From Bdellovibrio sp. (lineage in GTDB: Bacteria; Bdellovibrionota; Bdellovibrionia; Bdellovibrionales; Bdellovibrionaceae): DNA of 64,000 bases. The stretch covers positions 448,001-512,000 of the forward strand of contig JAKFBS010000004.1 of NCBI GenBank assembly GCA_036677065.1, read 5' to 3'. Position numbers and translations under genes: made by a program. Of the stretch, positions 21,496-31,385 are shown piece after piece; within the stretch, counting starts at the first letter, position 1, and each line of letters starts with the position of its first letter. The notes below the pieces were generated by a model. It was given only the letters and a program-made list of their open reading frames with translations. It ran no database searches and had not been told where the DNA came from.

Positions 21496-21882
21496 ATGGC
21501 AAAGAAAACAGCAAAAAAAGCAGCTCCTAAAAAAGCTACAGCAAAAAAAGCAACTAAAGCTCCAGCTAAAAAAGCTACAGCTAAAAAAGCAGCTCCTGCG
21601 AAAAAAGCAGCTCCTAAAAAAGCCGCTGCTAAACGCCAACCAAACGCAGCTTTCATGAAAGCTTTAACTCCATCTACTACTTTAGCAGCTATCGTTGGTG
21701 CAACTCCACTTCCACGCACTGAAGTTGTTAAAAAATTATGGGCTTACATCAAAAAGAATTCTTTACAAGATTCTAAAAACCGTCGCAACATCAACGCTGA
21801 TGACAAATTGAAACCAATTTTCGGCAAAAACCAAGTTTCTATGTTCGAAATGACAAAACTTGTTTCTAAGCACTTAAAATAG
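21496..21882 (+). CDS. SWIB/MDM2-domain protein with histone H1-like K/A/P-rich N-terminus
   Basis: AKKA/PKKA repeats over about 46 aa, then PRTEVVKKLWAYIKKNSLQD (SWIB); GGAGG SD. Confidence 0.92.
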   Translation: MAKKTAKKAAPKKATAKKATKAPAKKATAKKAAPAKKAAPKKAAAKRQPNAAFMKALTPSTTLAAIVGATPLPRTEVVKKLWAYIKKNSLQDSKNRRNINADDKLKPIFGKNQVSMFEMTKLVSKHLK

Positions 21883-21922
21883 GTTTTAGTTTTCTCACCT
21901 GTCGCAAGACGGTAAGAAAGAT

Positions 21923-21953
21923 AAGGTCAACCTTCGGGTTGGCCTTTTTTTTT
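21923..21953 (+). terminator. Rho-independent terminator
   Basis: AAGGTCAACC-TTCG-GGTTGGCCTT followed by a T run. Confidence 0.9.
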
Positions 21954-21987
21954 GCTATTATGCCCCTCGGGGAGTATACTCTTGGGC

Positions 21988-22761
21988 ATGTCAAACTCCC
22001 GCGCTCCAGTTCCTTTCAATAAGGACGAAATTCAAAAAATGCGTACTGTCTGCAAAATGGCCGCAAAAGTTCTTAACTACACAGCCAGCAAGGTTAAGCC
22101 AGGGATTACCACTTTAGAATTGGATAAAATTGCTGATGATTACACGAAATCAATCGGTGGAACTTCAGCCTGCATTGGTTATCACGGGTATCCGTTTGCG
22201 ACCTGCATTTCGGTGAACGAAGTTGTTTGTCATGGGACTCCGTCGGATTACGTGATCAAAGAGGGCGATATTTTAAATATTGATGTCACCGTTAAAAAAG
22301 ATGGCTTCTTCGGAGACACGTCTAAAACCGTGATGGTGGGTAAAGTTTCACCGGCAGCGGCAGATATTGTCGATGCGGCTTATAATGCCATGATGATCGG
22401 GATAGAAGCTATTAAGCCTAATGGATACACAGGCGATATCGGTTTTGAAACTAACAAATACGTGACTCGTCGTGGATACACTACTGTTAAAGAAATCGGT
22501 GGTCACGGCATTGGCAGAATCTTTCACATGGACCCTTTTGTGCCGGCTTTCGGTAAACGCGGTAAGGGTGAAAAGATTATACCTTGGACATGCTTCACGG
22601 TTGAACCCATGGTGAATGAGGGCGAAGAAGACTTCGAAGAGTTTTCTATTCCCAATTCTGATATTAAGTACTACATAACTACCGATAAGAAACTCTCAGC
22701 CCAGTTCGAACATACGATATTGATTACAGACACAGGATATGAAATTTTAACCCTTGAATAA
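21988..22761 (+). CDS. map: Methionine aminopeptidase type I
   Basis: SVNEVVCHG, IDVT, GDTS, GHGIG, EPM, AQFEHT. Confidence 0.96.
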   Translation: MSNSRAPVPFNKDEIQKMRTVCKMAAKVLNYTASKVKPGITTLELDKIADDYTKSIGGTSACIGYHGYPFATCISVNEVVCHGTPSDYVIKEGDILNIDVTVKKDGFFGDTSKTVMVGKVSPAAADIVDAAYNAMMIGIEAIKPNGYTGDIGFETNKYVTRRGYTTVKEIGGHGIGRIFHMDPFVPAFGKRGKGEKIIPWTCFTVEPMVNEGEEDFEEFSIPNSDIKYYITTDKKLSAQFEHTILITDTGYEILTLE

Positions 22762-22770
22762 GGAACACAC

Positions 22771-24207
22771 ATGAGAACACAAGCATCTAATAACGCAAAA
22801 AAAACAGCCGCTTCTAAAGCGATCGCTGCAGCCGTATCAAAAAGCAAAACAGCAGTAAAAAGCAAGTCAGCAAAAAATGCGACAGCTAATGATTACCGCG
22901 TTTGCAAAGAAGCTATGGAAAATCCTAAAGTATTCGCTGAATTAGCTCGTTGGGGCCGCGAAGAAATTAAAATTGCTGAAAAAGAAATGCCAGGTTTAAT
23001 GGCTATCAGAAAAGAATTCGGCAAATCTCAACCGTTAAAAGGCGCGAAAATCGCTGGTTGCTTACACATGACAATCCAAACTGCAGTGCTTATCGAAACT
23101 TTAACTCATTTAGGAGCTGAAGTTCGTTGGTCATCTTGCAATATCTTCTCTACACAAGATCAAGCAGCCGTTGCAATTGCAGCTACTGGCGTTCCAGTTT
23201 TTGCTTGGAAAGGTTTAACTGAAGACGAATTCAACTGGTGTATTGAACAAACAATCACTGGCTGGGGTAAAGAAGGCTACAACATCATTCTTGATGATGG
23301 TGGCGATTTAACAAACATGATGCACACTCCTAAGTTTGCACACATGCTTAAAAAAATCGTTGGTGTTTCTGAAGAAACAACAACTGGCGTACATAACTTA
23401 GAAGTTATGTTAAAAAATAAAAAATTAAAAATTCCTGCAATCAACGTAAATGATTCAGTAACTAAATCTAAGTTCGACAACTTATACGGTTGCCGTGAAT
23501 CATTAACTGACGCTTTAAAACGCGCTACTGACGTAATGATGGCTGGTAAAACTTGTGTTGTTGCCGGTTACGGAGACGTAGGTAAAGGTTCTGCTTTCTC
23601 TATGAAAGGTTTAGGCGCACGCGTTCTAATCACAGAAATCGATCCTATCTGCGCATTACAGGCAGCTATGGAAGGTTTTCAAGTAGTTACAATGGAAGAA
23701 GCAGCTCCAATCGCTGATATTTTCGTAACTGCAACTGGTTGCTGCGATATCATCACTGAAAAACATTTCAATAAAATGAAAGACAACGCGATTGTTTGTA
23801 ACATCGGTCACTTCGATATCGAAATCGATATGGCTTGGTTAAATAAAAATTCAAAACAACGCGAAATCAAACCACAAGTTGATGTTCACACATTGAAAAA
23901 CGGAAACGAAATCGTTGTTCTGGCTAAAGGCCGCTTAGTGAATTTAGGTTGTGCTACTGGGCATCCATCTTTTGTAATGTCTAATTCGTTCACTAACCAA
24001 GTGTTAGCGCAAATCGAATTATTCAAAAACGGTGCGAAATACAAAGAAATCGCGATCTACCGTTTACCTAAACACTTAGACGAAAAAGTTGCCGCTCTTC
24101 ATTTAGGCCAAATTGGCGTTAAATTATCTAAACTTACTTCTAAACAAGCTAAGTATTTACATTTAAATGAAGAAGGACCATTCAAACCTGAGCACTACCG
24201 TTACTAA
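22771..24207 (+). CDS. ahcY: Adenosylhomocysteinase (SAH hydrolase)
   Basis: [33 protein letters not shown]-terminal [10 protein letters not shown]. Confidence 0.98.
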   Translation: MRTQASNNAKKTAASKAIAAAVSKSKTAVKSKSAKNATANDYRVCKEAMENPKVFAELARWGREEIKIAEKEMPGLMAIRKEFGKSQPLKGAKIAGCLHMTIQTAVLIETLTHLGAEVRWSSCNIFSTQDQAAVAIAATGVPVFAWKGLTEDEFNWCIEQTITGWGKEGYNIILDDGGDLTNMMHTPKFAHMLKKIVGVSEETTTGVHNLEVMLKNKKLKIPAINVNDSVTKSKFDNLYGCRESLTDALKRATDVMMAGKTCVVAGYGDVGKGSAFSMKGLGARVLITEIDPICALQAAMEGFQVVTMEEAAPIADIFVTATGCCDIITEKHFNKMKDNAIVCNIGHFDIEIDMAWLNKNSKQREIKPQVDVHTLKNGNEIVVLAKGRLVNLGCATGHPSFVMSNSFTNQVLAQIELFKNGAKYKEIAIYRLPKHLDEKVAALHLGQIGVKLSKLTSKQAKYLHLNEEGPFKPEHYRY

Positions 24208-24208
24208 T

Positions 24209-24994
24209 ATGATAACGTTCATGTTTATAAGTTTATCGATTCTACCTTTAAGCGCGCTGATCTTCGGCGCGCTTTTTTTACGCGCAAAGAATCAACCACT
24301 ACATATTCCATCGTTTTTGCTTTTCGGCTTTTTAACGATGTACGTAGACTTGCATTTTTTCTTTCGTGCGTATGAGGTTTCATTAGCTAACGGGCAGTGG
24401 GGGCCAGCAGCTGGCACCATGGGTATGGTTTCAGTTCTTACCACGTTAAATTCTTTGGCTTTTGGTTTATTGGGTTCAGCAGTTTATTCGCTGTTTAGCC
24501 GATTAACTAAAAAACAAGATGTATACTCAAAGCTATCGACCACAAAAATCGCAGCGGTTTTTATTTTAGCTATGTCGACAGCGACGTACCAGATGGTAAG
24601 TCATCACGGGCATTCGGCGAGCCAAAAAATCATCGCTAAAGCTTCTGGTGATTTAACTCCAGAACTTGTGACTGAGCTTTTACAGATTGATCAAACCAGC
24701 AAAGATAAAACAATGATTCAAACATTATTGATGAATCCGACTTTGCCAGTGTCTGTATTAAACGATTATTCACAGAAAGATTCAGTTGTTTACCGTGCTT
24801 CGGTTTTAAAAAACCCGAATGTGACTCAAGAAATCGTGAATAAGTTAGCAACTGATGCAAATGAAGTTGTGCGATACCACGTTGTTATCAATAAAAAAGT
24901 AACGACTGAGTTGTTAGAGCAATTAGCAAAAGATCCGGTTAAAGATGTTCGCAATAAAGCGAAAGCTGAATTAGAGCATAGAAAAACTAATTAG
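24209..24994 (+). CDS. Membrane protein with C-terminal LRV/HEAT-like repeats
   Basis: Four TM helices, then NP..P..L..LA.D...VR repeats. Confidence 0.7.
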   Translation: MITFMFISLSILPLSALIFGALFLRAKNQPLHIPSFLLFGFLTMYVDLHFFFRAYEVSLANGQWGPAAGTMGMVSVLTTLNSLAFGLLGSAVYSLFSRLTKKQDVYSKLSTTKIAAVFILAMSTATYQMVSHHGHSASQKIIAKASGDLTPELVTELLQIDQTSKDKTMIQTLLMNPTLPVSVLNDYSQKDSVVYRASVLKNPNVTQEIVNKLATDANEVVRYHVVINKKVTTELLEQLAKDPVKDVRNKAKAELEHRKTN

Positions 24995-25337
24995 TTTTTT
25001 TACAGGGGCCGCCTGCACCGCCGCCGCCTCTGCTTTCACAAGCCAGAGCTCTGGCTTTTTCTTCGTATAAATTCGATATTCGTGACAGCTCACTAGATTG
25101 GGCTGGTTTATCTGAATAATCATATTGATTAGGTTCTTCTGAGTTTTTAACAAATTTGCCGTCAGAAATTAACATTGCGATCGCGCTGGGACGACAGTCG
25201 TATTTGAAAAACTGGCTGACTGAGAAGTCGTCGGTTACAGCGCATTGGCTTTCAAATTTTAAAGTAATAACTTCGCTGCGGGCCTCTGTGTAGAAAAATG
25301 AAATAACAAGCACTGCGAATAGTGTTTTAGAGTTCAT
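24987..25337 (-). CDS. Small secreted hypothetical protein
   Basis: Signal peptide, four Cys, GGGGG SD. Confidence 0.65.
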   Translation of the reverse strand: MNSKTLFAVLVISFFYTEARSEVITLKFESQCAVTDDFSVSQFFKYDCRPSAIAMLISDGKFVKNSEEPNQYDYSDKPAQSSELSRISNLYEEKARALACESRGGGGAGGPCKKTN

Positions 25338-25379
25338 ATTATTTCCCCCAGAGAGAAAGAATACGGTCTAATCTGTAAT

Positions 25380-25407
25380 TTAGAAAGTAGGCTTTACTAC
25401 TTTCTAA
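25380..25407. terminator. Hairpin downstream of orn
   Basis: TTAGAAAGTAG-GCTTTA-CTACTTTCTAA, 11-bp stem. Confidence 0.55.
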
Positions 25408-25419
25408 TAATGAGACACT

Positions 25420-25971
25420 TTATGGGTTGGTTTTAATTTGGTCGATATAATATCTTAATTCGCCGATGCTTTCGCGAATATCACCTAAAGCACGATGGGC
25501 GTTCTGCTTACGGTACATTTTATCAAATTTATTATTAAAAATAATCTTCCAAGAGCTTACGTCTAACATTCTGTAATGTAGGCGCTCTGCGATTTTTGGA
25601 AAGTACTTATCTACAAATAAACGATCTTGTGTGATTGAGTTACCGGCCATGATGGGACGAAACTTTTTGTCTTCTTTCCATTGTGGCCAATGACGGTCAA
25701 TCATCGAAGTCACGTGAAACTCAACCGTGTCTGGCTCCATACCGTTCGGCACAGCAGCTGTTAAGCCTGAAGCTCCGTGATGTTCGGTATTCCAAGCATC
25801 CATCGCGTCTAGGTACTTTTGCGGCTGTTTAACGATGGCTTCAAAGCTATCTAGCTCTTTGAAATCTAAGTCAGTGATAATGCAGGCGCATTCGATCACG
25901 ACTTCTTTGTTTACATCAAGGCCTGTCATTTCCATATCAAGCCAAAGAAGTTTTGAGATTTTATCTAACAT
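25420..25971 (-). CDS. orn: Oligoribonuclease
   Basis: WLDMEMTGL, HGASGL, GNSI..DR, HYRMLDVSS, HRALGDIRES. Confidence 0.95.
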   Translation of the reverse strand: MLDKISKLLWLDMEMTGLDVNKEVVIECACIITDLDFKELDSFEAIVKQPQKYLDAMDAWNTEHHGASGLTAAVPNGMEPDTVEFHVTSMIDRHWPQWKEDKKFRPIMAGNSITQDRLFVDKYFPKIAERLHYRMLDVSSWKIIFNNKFDKMYRKQNAHRALGDIRESIGELRYYIDQIKTNP

Positions 25972-25982
25972 GTTTTTAAAAC

Positions 25983-26324
25983 CTATTTCTTAGTTTCAGT
26001 TTTTGCTTCAGGCATTTGAACTTTATAGTTATCGCCAGCTGTTTTTACCGCTGCTTCAAGAGCCGCTGTATCTAAAGTTTTACCTTCTTTTAAACGTAAA
26101 GAGATTTTGCCAAGTTGTTTTTTGCTATCAACAACAGTTACGCCACAAGATTCAAAATTTTCAGCTAATTTAGCATCAGCACATACTTTTTTGCTGATCA
26201 TTTTAGTACAAGCCGCGCAATGAACGCCTTCTACGATCAGGTCAGTCGTTGAGTCTGTAGTTGCTGCAGTCGCCAGCGATAAAGTCGCAGTCAAAGTAAT
26301 AAGCGTAAAAATAAGCTTTTTCAT
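25983..26324 (-). CDS. Periplasmic heavy-metal-associated (HMA) domain protein
   Basis: Signal peptide followed by the GVHCAAC metal-binding motif. Confidence 0.8.
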   Translation of the reverse strand: MKKLIFTLITLTATLSLATAATTDSTTDLIVEGVHCAACTKMISKKVCADAKLAENFESCGVTVVDSKKQLGKISLRLKEGKTLDTAALEAAVKTAGDNYKVQMPEAKTETKK

Positions 26325-26447
26325 AGGAGTCTCCTTCAGGATTTTGTCGAAAACATAGTATGAACCAAAGTCGGCACACTGGGAATCGGGAATTTATCCC
26401 CAAATAAGTTTTTATTGCTATTTTATTACGCACTGTAAAAAAAGTAG

Positions 26448-26483
26448 TTGAAAACAAACCGTCTTTCCCAATATATTGGTCCC
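26448..26483 (+). promoter_or_regulatory. sigma70 promoter of tRNA-Asp
   Basis: TTGAAA-N18-TATATT followed by a GC-rich discriminator GGTCCC. Confidence 0.6.
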
Positions 26484-26502
26484 ACTGCAAATATTACTTA
26501 AC

Positions 26503-26579
26503 GGAGTTGTAGTTAAGTTGGTTATAACGTCCGCCTGTCACGCGGAAGGCCGCGGGTTCGAGTCCCGTCAACTCCGCCA
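26503..26579 (+). tRNA. tRNA-Asp(GTC)
   Basis: Cloverleaf: acceptor stem GGAGTTG/CAACTCC, anticodon arm TCCGC-CTGTCAC-GCGGA, T-loop GTTCGAG, encoded CCA. Confidence 0.98.
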
Positions 26580-26654
26580 TTTTTCTCTTAAACAAAATCA
26601 AATATTTACCTTCAAAAAAATATGATACCTTCTAGTGGTTTTTTGAGGTTCAAA

Positions 26655-27053
26655 ATGAAAACAATTATTTTTGCCTGCGTACACAGTGCGGGTAGGTCGC
26701 AAATGTCGGCCGCATTTTTTAGAAAACACACAAACCCTTCATTATTCACGGCTATCGCTGCGGGTACTGAGCCCGCGGCTAGAGTTCACCCAGAAGTGGT
26801 AACGGTTATGCAAGAGGTTGGCATTGATCTGTCTAATGCAAAGCCCACATTGTTAACCCAAGAGTTAGCTCAAAGTGCAAGCCTGCTTGTAACTATGGGA
26901 TGCGGAGAGAAGTGTCCGTTTGTGCCAGGTCTTAAAGTTGTAGATTGGTCTTTAAAAGACCCCAAAGGACAAGGTTTAGATAGCGTTAGAATTATTCGAG
27001 ACGAAATTGAACAGCTTGTATTGCAGCTAATTGAGGCAAATGGATGGGCTTAA
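26655..27053 (+). CDS. arsC: Arsenate reductase / low-molecular-weight PTP family
   Basis: CVHSAGRSQM P-loop, AGT.P, CGEKCP, W...DP. Confidence 0.85.
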   Translation: MKTIIFACVHSAGRSQMSAAFFRKHTNPSLFTAIAAGTEPAARVHPEVVTVMQEVGIDLSNAKPTLLTQELAQSASLLVTMGCGEKCPFVPGLKVVDWSLKDPKGQGLDSVRIIRDEIEQLVLQLIEANGWA

Positions 27054-27124
27054 TTTACATAAAAAATATCAAACTTTCAAACATCCTTGATTCAGTGTTA
27101 AAGCGGCTGCTATTTAGTCTCTAG

Positions 27125-27535
27125 ATGAAAAAATCAGTCTTCGCCTTAATAGCTACTCTTGTTCTGTCTACGCCGTCATTTGCAGCTAGCTGCAACTCTC
27201 AAAATTTGATCGGCGAGTGGACAGCTAAAACTGAATTAGCCTCGGCACCACATTCGGTTTGCGGTAAGACCGTAAAAAATGAAAAGACTGTCTTCACATT
27301 TGTGAAAAAGGCCGGAAAATTTTCTGGGGCTGGTGTGAACGTGACTGTGACAACGTTTCAGAAGTCTTGTTCACCAATCACTAAGACATTAAAGTACCCG
27401 TTTGTTGAATTATATTCTGACGGCAGCTTGGGTATCATGTCAGAAAATGGCGCCCAGGTCGCTTCTGATTGTGCTGTAAGTTCTGACCGTTCTAAGTTGA
27501 AGCTTGGTAATCATATTTATCAACGAACAAAATAA
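27125..27535 (+). CDS. Secreted hypothetical protein (beta-rich, lipocalin-like)
   Basis: Signal peptide, LIGEW motif, four Cys. Confidence 0.65.
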   Translation: MKKSVFALIATLVLSTPSFAASCNSQNLIGEWTAKTELASAPHSVCGKTVKNEKTVFTFVKKAGKFSGAGVNVTVTTFQKSCSPITKTLKYPFVELYSDGSLGIMSENGAQVASDCAVSSDRSKLKLGNHIYQRTK

Positions 27536-27557
27536 TTCTTTATTGTTGGGAAATTTA

Positions 27558-28124
27558 ATGGATTCAAGTTTTAGTCATGTTGCTTTGCTGGTGCCATCTG
27601 TTGAGGCGTCCTCAATTTTTTTAAACTCTCAAAATATAAAAACAGAAACTCCCGAAGTTTTTGAATCAGAAGGCACAAAAGAAGTTTATGTTGGATCATA
27701 CGAAACTCAAAAAGGACTTCTATTACTTCTTGAAGCAATTTCTAAAGGTCCTTACAAGCAGGCCCTGATTAAGCGAGGACCTTCTTTGCATCATATTGCA
27801 ATTGATGTGTTGGATACAGAGGCGTTTATCATTAAAGCGCAACGTTTGGGTTGGCAGTTGCATCCAGTAAGTAAAAAAACAATGTCATATAAGACGGCTT
27901 GGTTTTTTCTAAAAGGTATTCCAACGCTAATTGAAGTTCACCAGAAGAAAACTTTATCTACACAGCCGAATAAAATTTCAAAAATAGAACTTCCGTTACA
28001 AAAAGAACACTTACCTCTTTTTGAAGGGATTGGCCTGGGTGACATAGTGTCTTGTGGTAACGAGCTTTGTTTCAAGGTTGATGGCAGAAATCTATTTTTT
28101 AATCAGATAGCCTGCCTCAAATAA
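27558..28124 (+). CDS. VOC/glyoxalase family protein
   Basis: SHVALLV, LLLLE, LHHIAIDV, LIE metal-binding pattern. Confidence 0.8.
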   Translation: MDSSFSHVALLVPSVEASSIFLNSQNIKTETPEVFESEGTKEVYVGSYETQKGLLLLLEAISKGPYKQALIKRGPSLHHIAIDVLDTEAFIIKAQRLGWQLHPVSKKTMSYKTAWFFLKGIPTLIEVHQKKTLSTQPNKISKIELPLQKEHLPLFEGIGLGDIVSCGNELCFKVDGRNLFFNQIACLK

Positions 28125-28135
28125 ACTCTAAAACT

Positions 28136-28519
28136 TTAGCTCATCATTACGAAAAATAATGAAAGCAACGTTGTTCCAAAATAAACGAACATATTCGCTG
28201 AACCCTGAAAATCGTAAGTGATTCTTAATCCGAAAAGCAAAAATCCAAACAGAAAAAGTGAACCTAAAAGTGCGAATGGCAGTATCGCAATATTAAAAAA
28301 CGAAATAACAAAGGCTATAGTTAGCACAGCTTCGAAAGCGGCGATGAACCAGTAACCTACTGAAGCGCCTCCAGGAAGTCGTTTGATGAACGTGTTCTCG
28401 AACTGTTTGCCGAACCAGTCTGGCATTGAAAGAGTTTTCCATTTGTCGTAAGCGGCAGTTCCAAAGAGTACAGCATAAATAAAGATGATCGCATAATTAC
28501 GGATAAGCTGAAATGTCAT
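28136..28519 (-). CDS. DoxX-like four-TM membrane protein
   Basis: F...AYDK...WF..QF motif; hydrophobic; GAAGGA SD before ATG 28519. Confidence 0.6.
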   Translation of the reverse strand: MTFQLIRNYAIIFIYAVLFGTAAYDKWKTLSMPDWFGKQFENTFIKRLPGGASVGYWFIAAFEAVLTIAFVISFFNIAILPFALLGSLFLFGFLLFGLRITYDFQGSANMFVYFGTTLLSLFFVMMS

Positions 28520-28627
28520 AGTTTTCCTTCTAAGTCTAATGTCGATGCTTATACGGTACACAATTGTGTTGATCCGAGCAAGGCTCTGATGTTTAATCCC
28601 CCTCAAATGACTTTGGGGGGCAGAGTT

Positions 28628-29803
28628 ATGATCAAAAAGTATGTGGCTTGGTTTTGCCTAAGTCTGTTAGTTACGGCCGCATCGCACGCAGGTATTATCA
28701 AAAATAAAACTTATTTTTCGACTGTCGGCGAAGTAAATAGCTTTCTTTGGGCTCCGCAAAGATATCAAAACGATTTTAGATACGATATTTTTTATTATAT
28801 TCCTAAATCTCTAGAAACAAAAACAAACGCAAGTGCCGTGATCTTCATGCATGGCGGTGGGTCTTCAACAATGGATCGTGAAGGCTCGATCAAGACGGTT
28901 CTTCTTTACATGAAGGACTTAAAAAAAATTGCTGATGAATTAGGTATTATCGTTGTTCTGCCTTCTGCAAATGGTCTTAACTGGGGTGGGCACACGCGCG
29001 GCTTACTGCGCGAACTTGGCTGGCTGATTAAAAAAGATCTGAATATTGATGTAAACCGTTTAGGTGTTTCAGGCCATTCGATGGGTGGTATGGGTATTAC
29101 CCGCAGTTACAGTTGGATTGCCGATGAATTTTCTTTTTATTTACCGATGGCCGCCGGTATGGATGTGGCTTGGCAAACCGAGCCTTATCTGAATAAAGTT
29201 TTTAATGTTCCGTATGTGCACTTACAAGGGCTGCAAGATAGCTTTGATATTTTTGTTCCCCGTTGTGAAGAACAATTAAAAAGAACAAAAGAATTAGAAT
29301 CACTTTACGGCGTAAATTCAAAGCTTGAGATCGTTTTTTACAATGGCGGTCATAATTACGACTACGACTTATTTAAAAACACATTAAGCCGACTTGTAAC
29401 TACAGCCCCCCGCGATCTGTATCAGAAAGAACTATGGGGCAGTCTGCATACGGTAAAAGGTGCGCGCACTGAAAATAATATTACCTTTGATTATGAATCA
29501 GAATCTAGATACTTCTGGATCGAACTTAGAAAAACTGATCTTACAGTAGCAGAGGTCGTCAATTTTCATGCAAAGATTGATAATAACATCATTCGCATTG
29601 ATATGCCGACGCTTCCGAAACAAAGTAAAGAGCTTCGAATATATTTACATTCAAAGATGATCAACTTAAGTAAAAAAATAACTGTCGAACTTAACGGAAA
29701 AATCGTTTACGTTCGTAAAGGCATGTACGGCAGACTTCGTAATATGGATACCCGTGATAAAGGTTTTAAGTTCGAAGATGTTATTAAAGTAAAATTAAAT
29801 TAG
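28628..29803 (+). CDS. Secreted alpha/beta-hydrolase (esterase-like)
   Basis: Signal peptide, MHGGG, GHSMG nucleophile, G..D and GGH. Confidence 0.85.
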   Translation: MIKKYVAWFCLSLLVTAASHAGIIKNKTYFSTVGEVNSFLWAPQRYQNDFRYDIFYYIPKSLETKTNASAVIFMHGGGSSTMDREGSIKTVLLYMKDLKKIADELGIIVVLPSANGLNWGGHTRGLLRELGWLIKKDLNIDVNRLGVSGHSMGGMGITRSYSWIADEFSFYLPMAAGMDVAWQTEPYLNKVFNVPYVHLQGLQDSFDIFVPRCEEQLKRTKELESLYGVNSKLEIVFYNGGHNYDYDLFKNTLSRLVTTAPRDLYQKELWGSLHTVKGARTENNITFDYESESRYFWIELRKTDLTVAEVVNFHAKIDNNIIRIDMPTLPKQSKELRIYLHSKMINLSKKITVELNGKIVYVRKGMYGRLRNMDTRDKGFKFEDVIKVKLN

Positions 29804-29810
29804 GTAAAAA

Positions 29811-30431
29811 ATGTTAAGTATTTTTATTCAAGGTTTTCTTCTTCAGGCCAGTTTGATTCTTGCCCTTGGGGCTCAAAATATTTTTGTTCTAAATTCGGGG
29901 CTTCGCAAGCAGCGGCACCTGTTAGTCGCCTTCGTTTCATCTGTTTGCGACACGATTCTTATATTTGTTGGCGTTCTTGGTGTGGCTACGTTTTTTATTC
30001 AGTTTCCTTTACTAAAGATTGGTCTTGGTGTTGTCGGTGTCGCTTTTTTACTGTTCTATGGAATTCTAAAACTTAAAGAAGCAGTGAATGGCGTTGAGAT
30101 TTCTCAATTAGCAAAACCGGCAACGACAATGAAGCAAACAATTCTAGCAAGTCTTGGTTTCAGTTTGCTAAACCCTCACGTGTATCTTGATACCGTCGTC
30201 TTAATCGGGGGTTACTCTTCTAAATTCAGTTTTATCAACGATAGATTCGCTTTTGGTGCCGGAGCTTCTGTATTTTCGACAGTTTGGTTTTATGGATTAG
30301 CCCTGCTTGCTTCAATCGCAAGTCGTTTTTTAAACAATTCAAAAGCTATGCGGACCGTGTCGTTAGTTTCTGGTCTTATTTTAGTTTTACTTGCGTTGAA
30401 ATTAGGAAATGATGTTATCGGTTGGATCTAA
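29811..30431 (+). CDS. LysE/ArgO amino-acid exporter
   Basis: GAQNIFVL and LNPHVYLDT motifs. Confidence 0.9.
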   Translation: MLSIFIQGFLLQASLILALGAQNIFVLNSGLRKQRHLLVAFVSSVCDTILIFVGVLGVATFFIQFPLLKIGLGVVGVAFLLFYGILKLKEAVNGVEISQLAKPATTMKQTILASLGFSLLNPHVYLDTVVLIGGYSSKFSFINDRFAFGAGASVFSTVWFYGLALLASIASRFLNNSKAMRTVSLVSGLILVLLALKLGNDVIGWI

Positions 30432-30437
30432 GCGCAT

Positions 30438-31385
30438 ATGAAAATAACGATTTACATTTTCTTGCTGAGTTTCTTGATGTCTTCGCTTGGTCTTGCCAAA
30501 GACCTCAGTTGTTATATCGATGTCACTTGCACTAGCGGGGCTCGTAGTGGCAGCACCGGAAACCCATCCACCGGTAATCAAATTCGTATTAACCCCTCTG
30601 CCGTACCAACACAAAAGGGTTTTGGCCTTGAAGGCATTTATTTTAACTCAGAAACAGATTTTTCCATAGTTCAGGGTATCGGTCGCATTGGTGCTGCGGT
30701 TTCGCCTTCGAACAGCGATGAAACATTTTTTGGTACGCCAGGCTTAGAAATTACCGAAAATTTGTTAGATCGAAAAATAAACGATAAAAAATATCCGAAT
30801 CAGAAAATCAATTTAGCTACAGCTATGGTGCTGACTGAAAAGAATCGCACTTTATTTAAAAGTTATGCCCTTAAATTAGGTGTCATGGCTAAGTATAACC
30901 GACTGACTAAGAATGTTAATTTAGGAGCTGGTTTAAGCGGTATGCTTGGGCCGCTGACTTTTGGGTATTCGAATTATAATGATGAATCGCTTTTGGATTA
31001 CGGTCTTGAGGGAAGTGATCCGACAGAAATTGCGAAATACCGGGTGCAGACTTACAGTGTGGGCGTGTCGGTGAATTCTTTCTTGCTGGATGTGTCGCAA
31101 CTTCGCTACGTTGACCCTCAGTATGATTTTGCAGAAGAGTCTTCGGTTAGAATTATTACTTTAAGTTTTAATTATAAAAAATTTATTTTCACGGTTTCAG
31201 ACCGTGTCGAAAATTCTCACCGGCCGGTTTATAATTACGATACGAAAATGCTGGAAGAGCAATTCACTAAGAAAGATAGCTTTCAGGCGATTCAGTATAT
31301 TGCTTCGAAACATGTGACCGTTGGGCTGCTGCATAATTACTATTTGCTGCGTGAGTTGGCTTTGACTGCTACGGTGTTTTTTTAA
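30438..31385 (+). CDS. Putative outer-membrane beta-barrel protein
   Basis: Signal peptide, NPSAVP, amphipathic beta-strands, terminal Phe. Confidence 0.6.
   Translation: MKITIYIFLLSFLMSSLGLAKDLSCYIDVTCTSGARSGSTGNPSTGNQIRINPSAVPTQKGFGLEGIYFNSETDFSIVQGIGRIGAAVSPSNSDETFFGTPGLEITENLLDRKINDKKYPNQKINLATAMVLTEKNRTLFKSYALKLGVMAKYNRLTKNVNLGAGLSGMLGPLTFGYSNYNDESLLDYGLEGSDPTEIAKYRVQTYSVGVSVNSFLLDVSQLRYVDPQYDFAEESSVRIITLSFNYKKFIFTVSDRVENSHRPVYNYDTKMLEEQFTKKDSFQAIQYIASKHVTVGLLHNYYLLRELALTATVFF

Noticed and set aside
21468..21719. Hydrophobic 83-aa minus-strand ORF (AFFA/AFLA repeats)
   Set aside because: It is the reverse complement of the Lys/Ala repeats of the SWIB gene.
26242..26490. 82-aa minus-strand ORF upstream of the tRNA
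   Set aside because: Overlaps the HMA gene out of frame and the tRNA promoter; no support.
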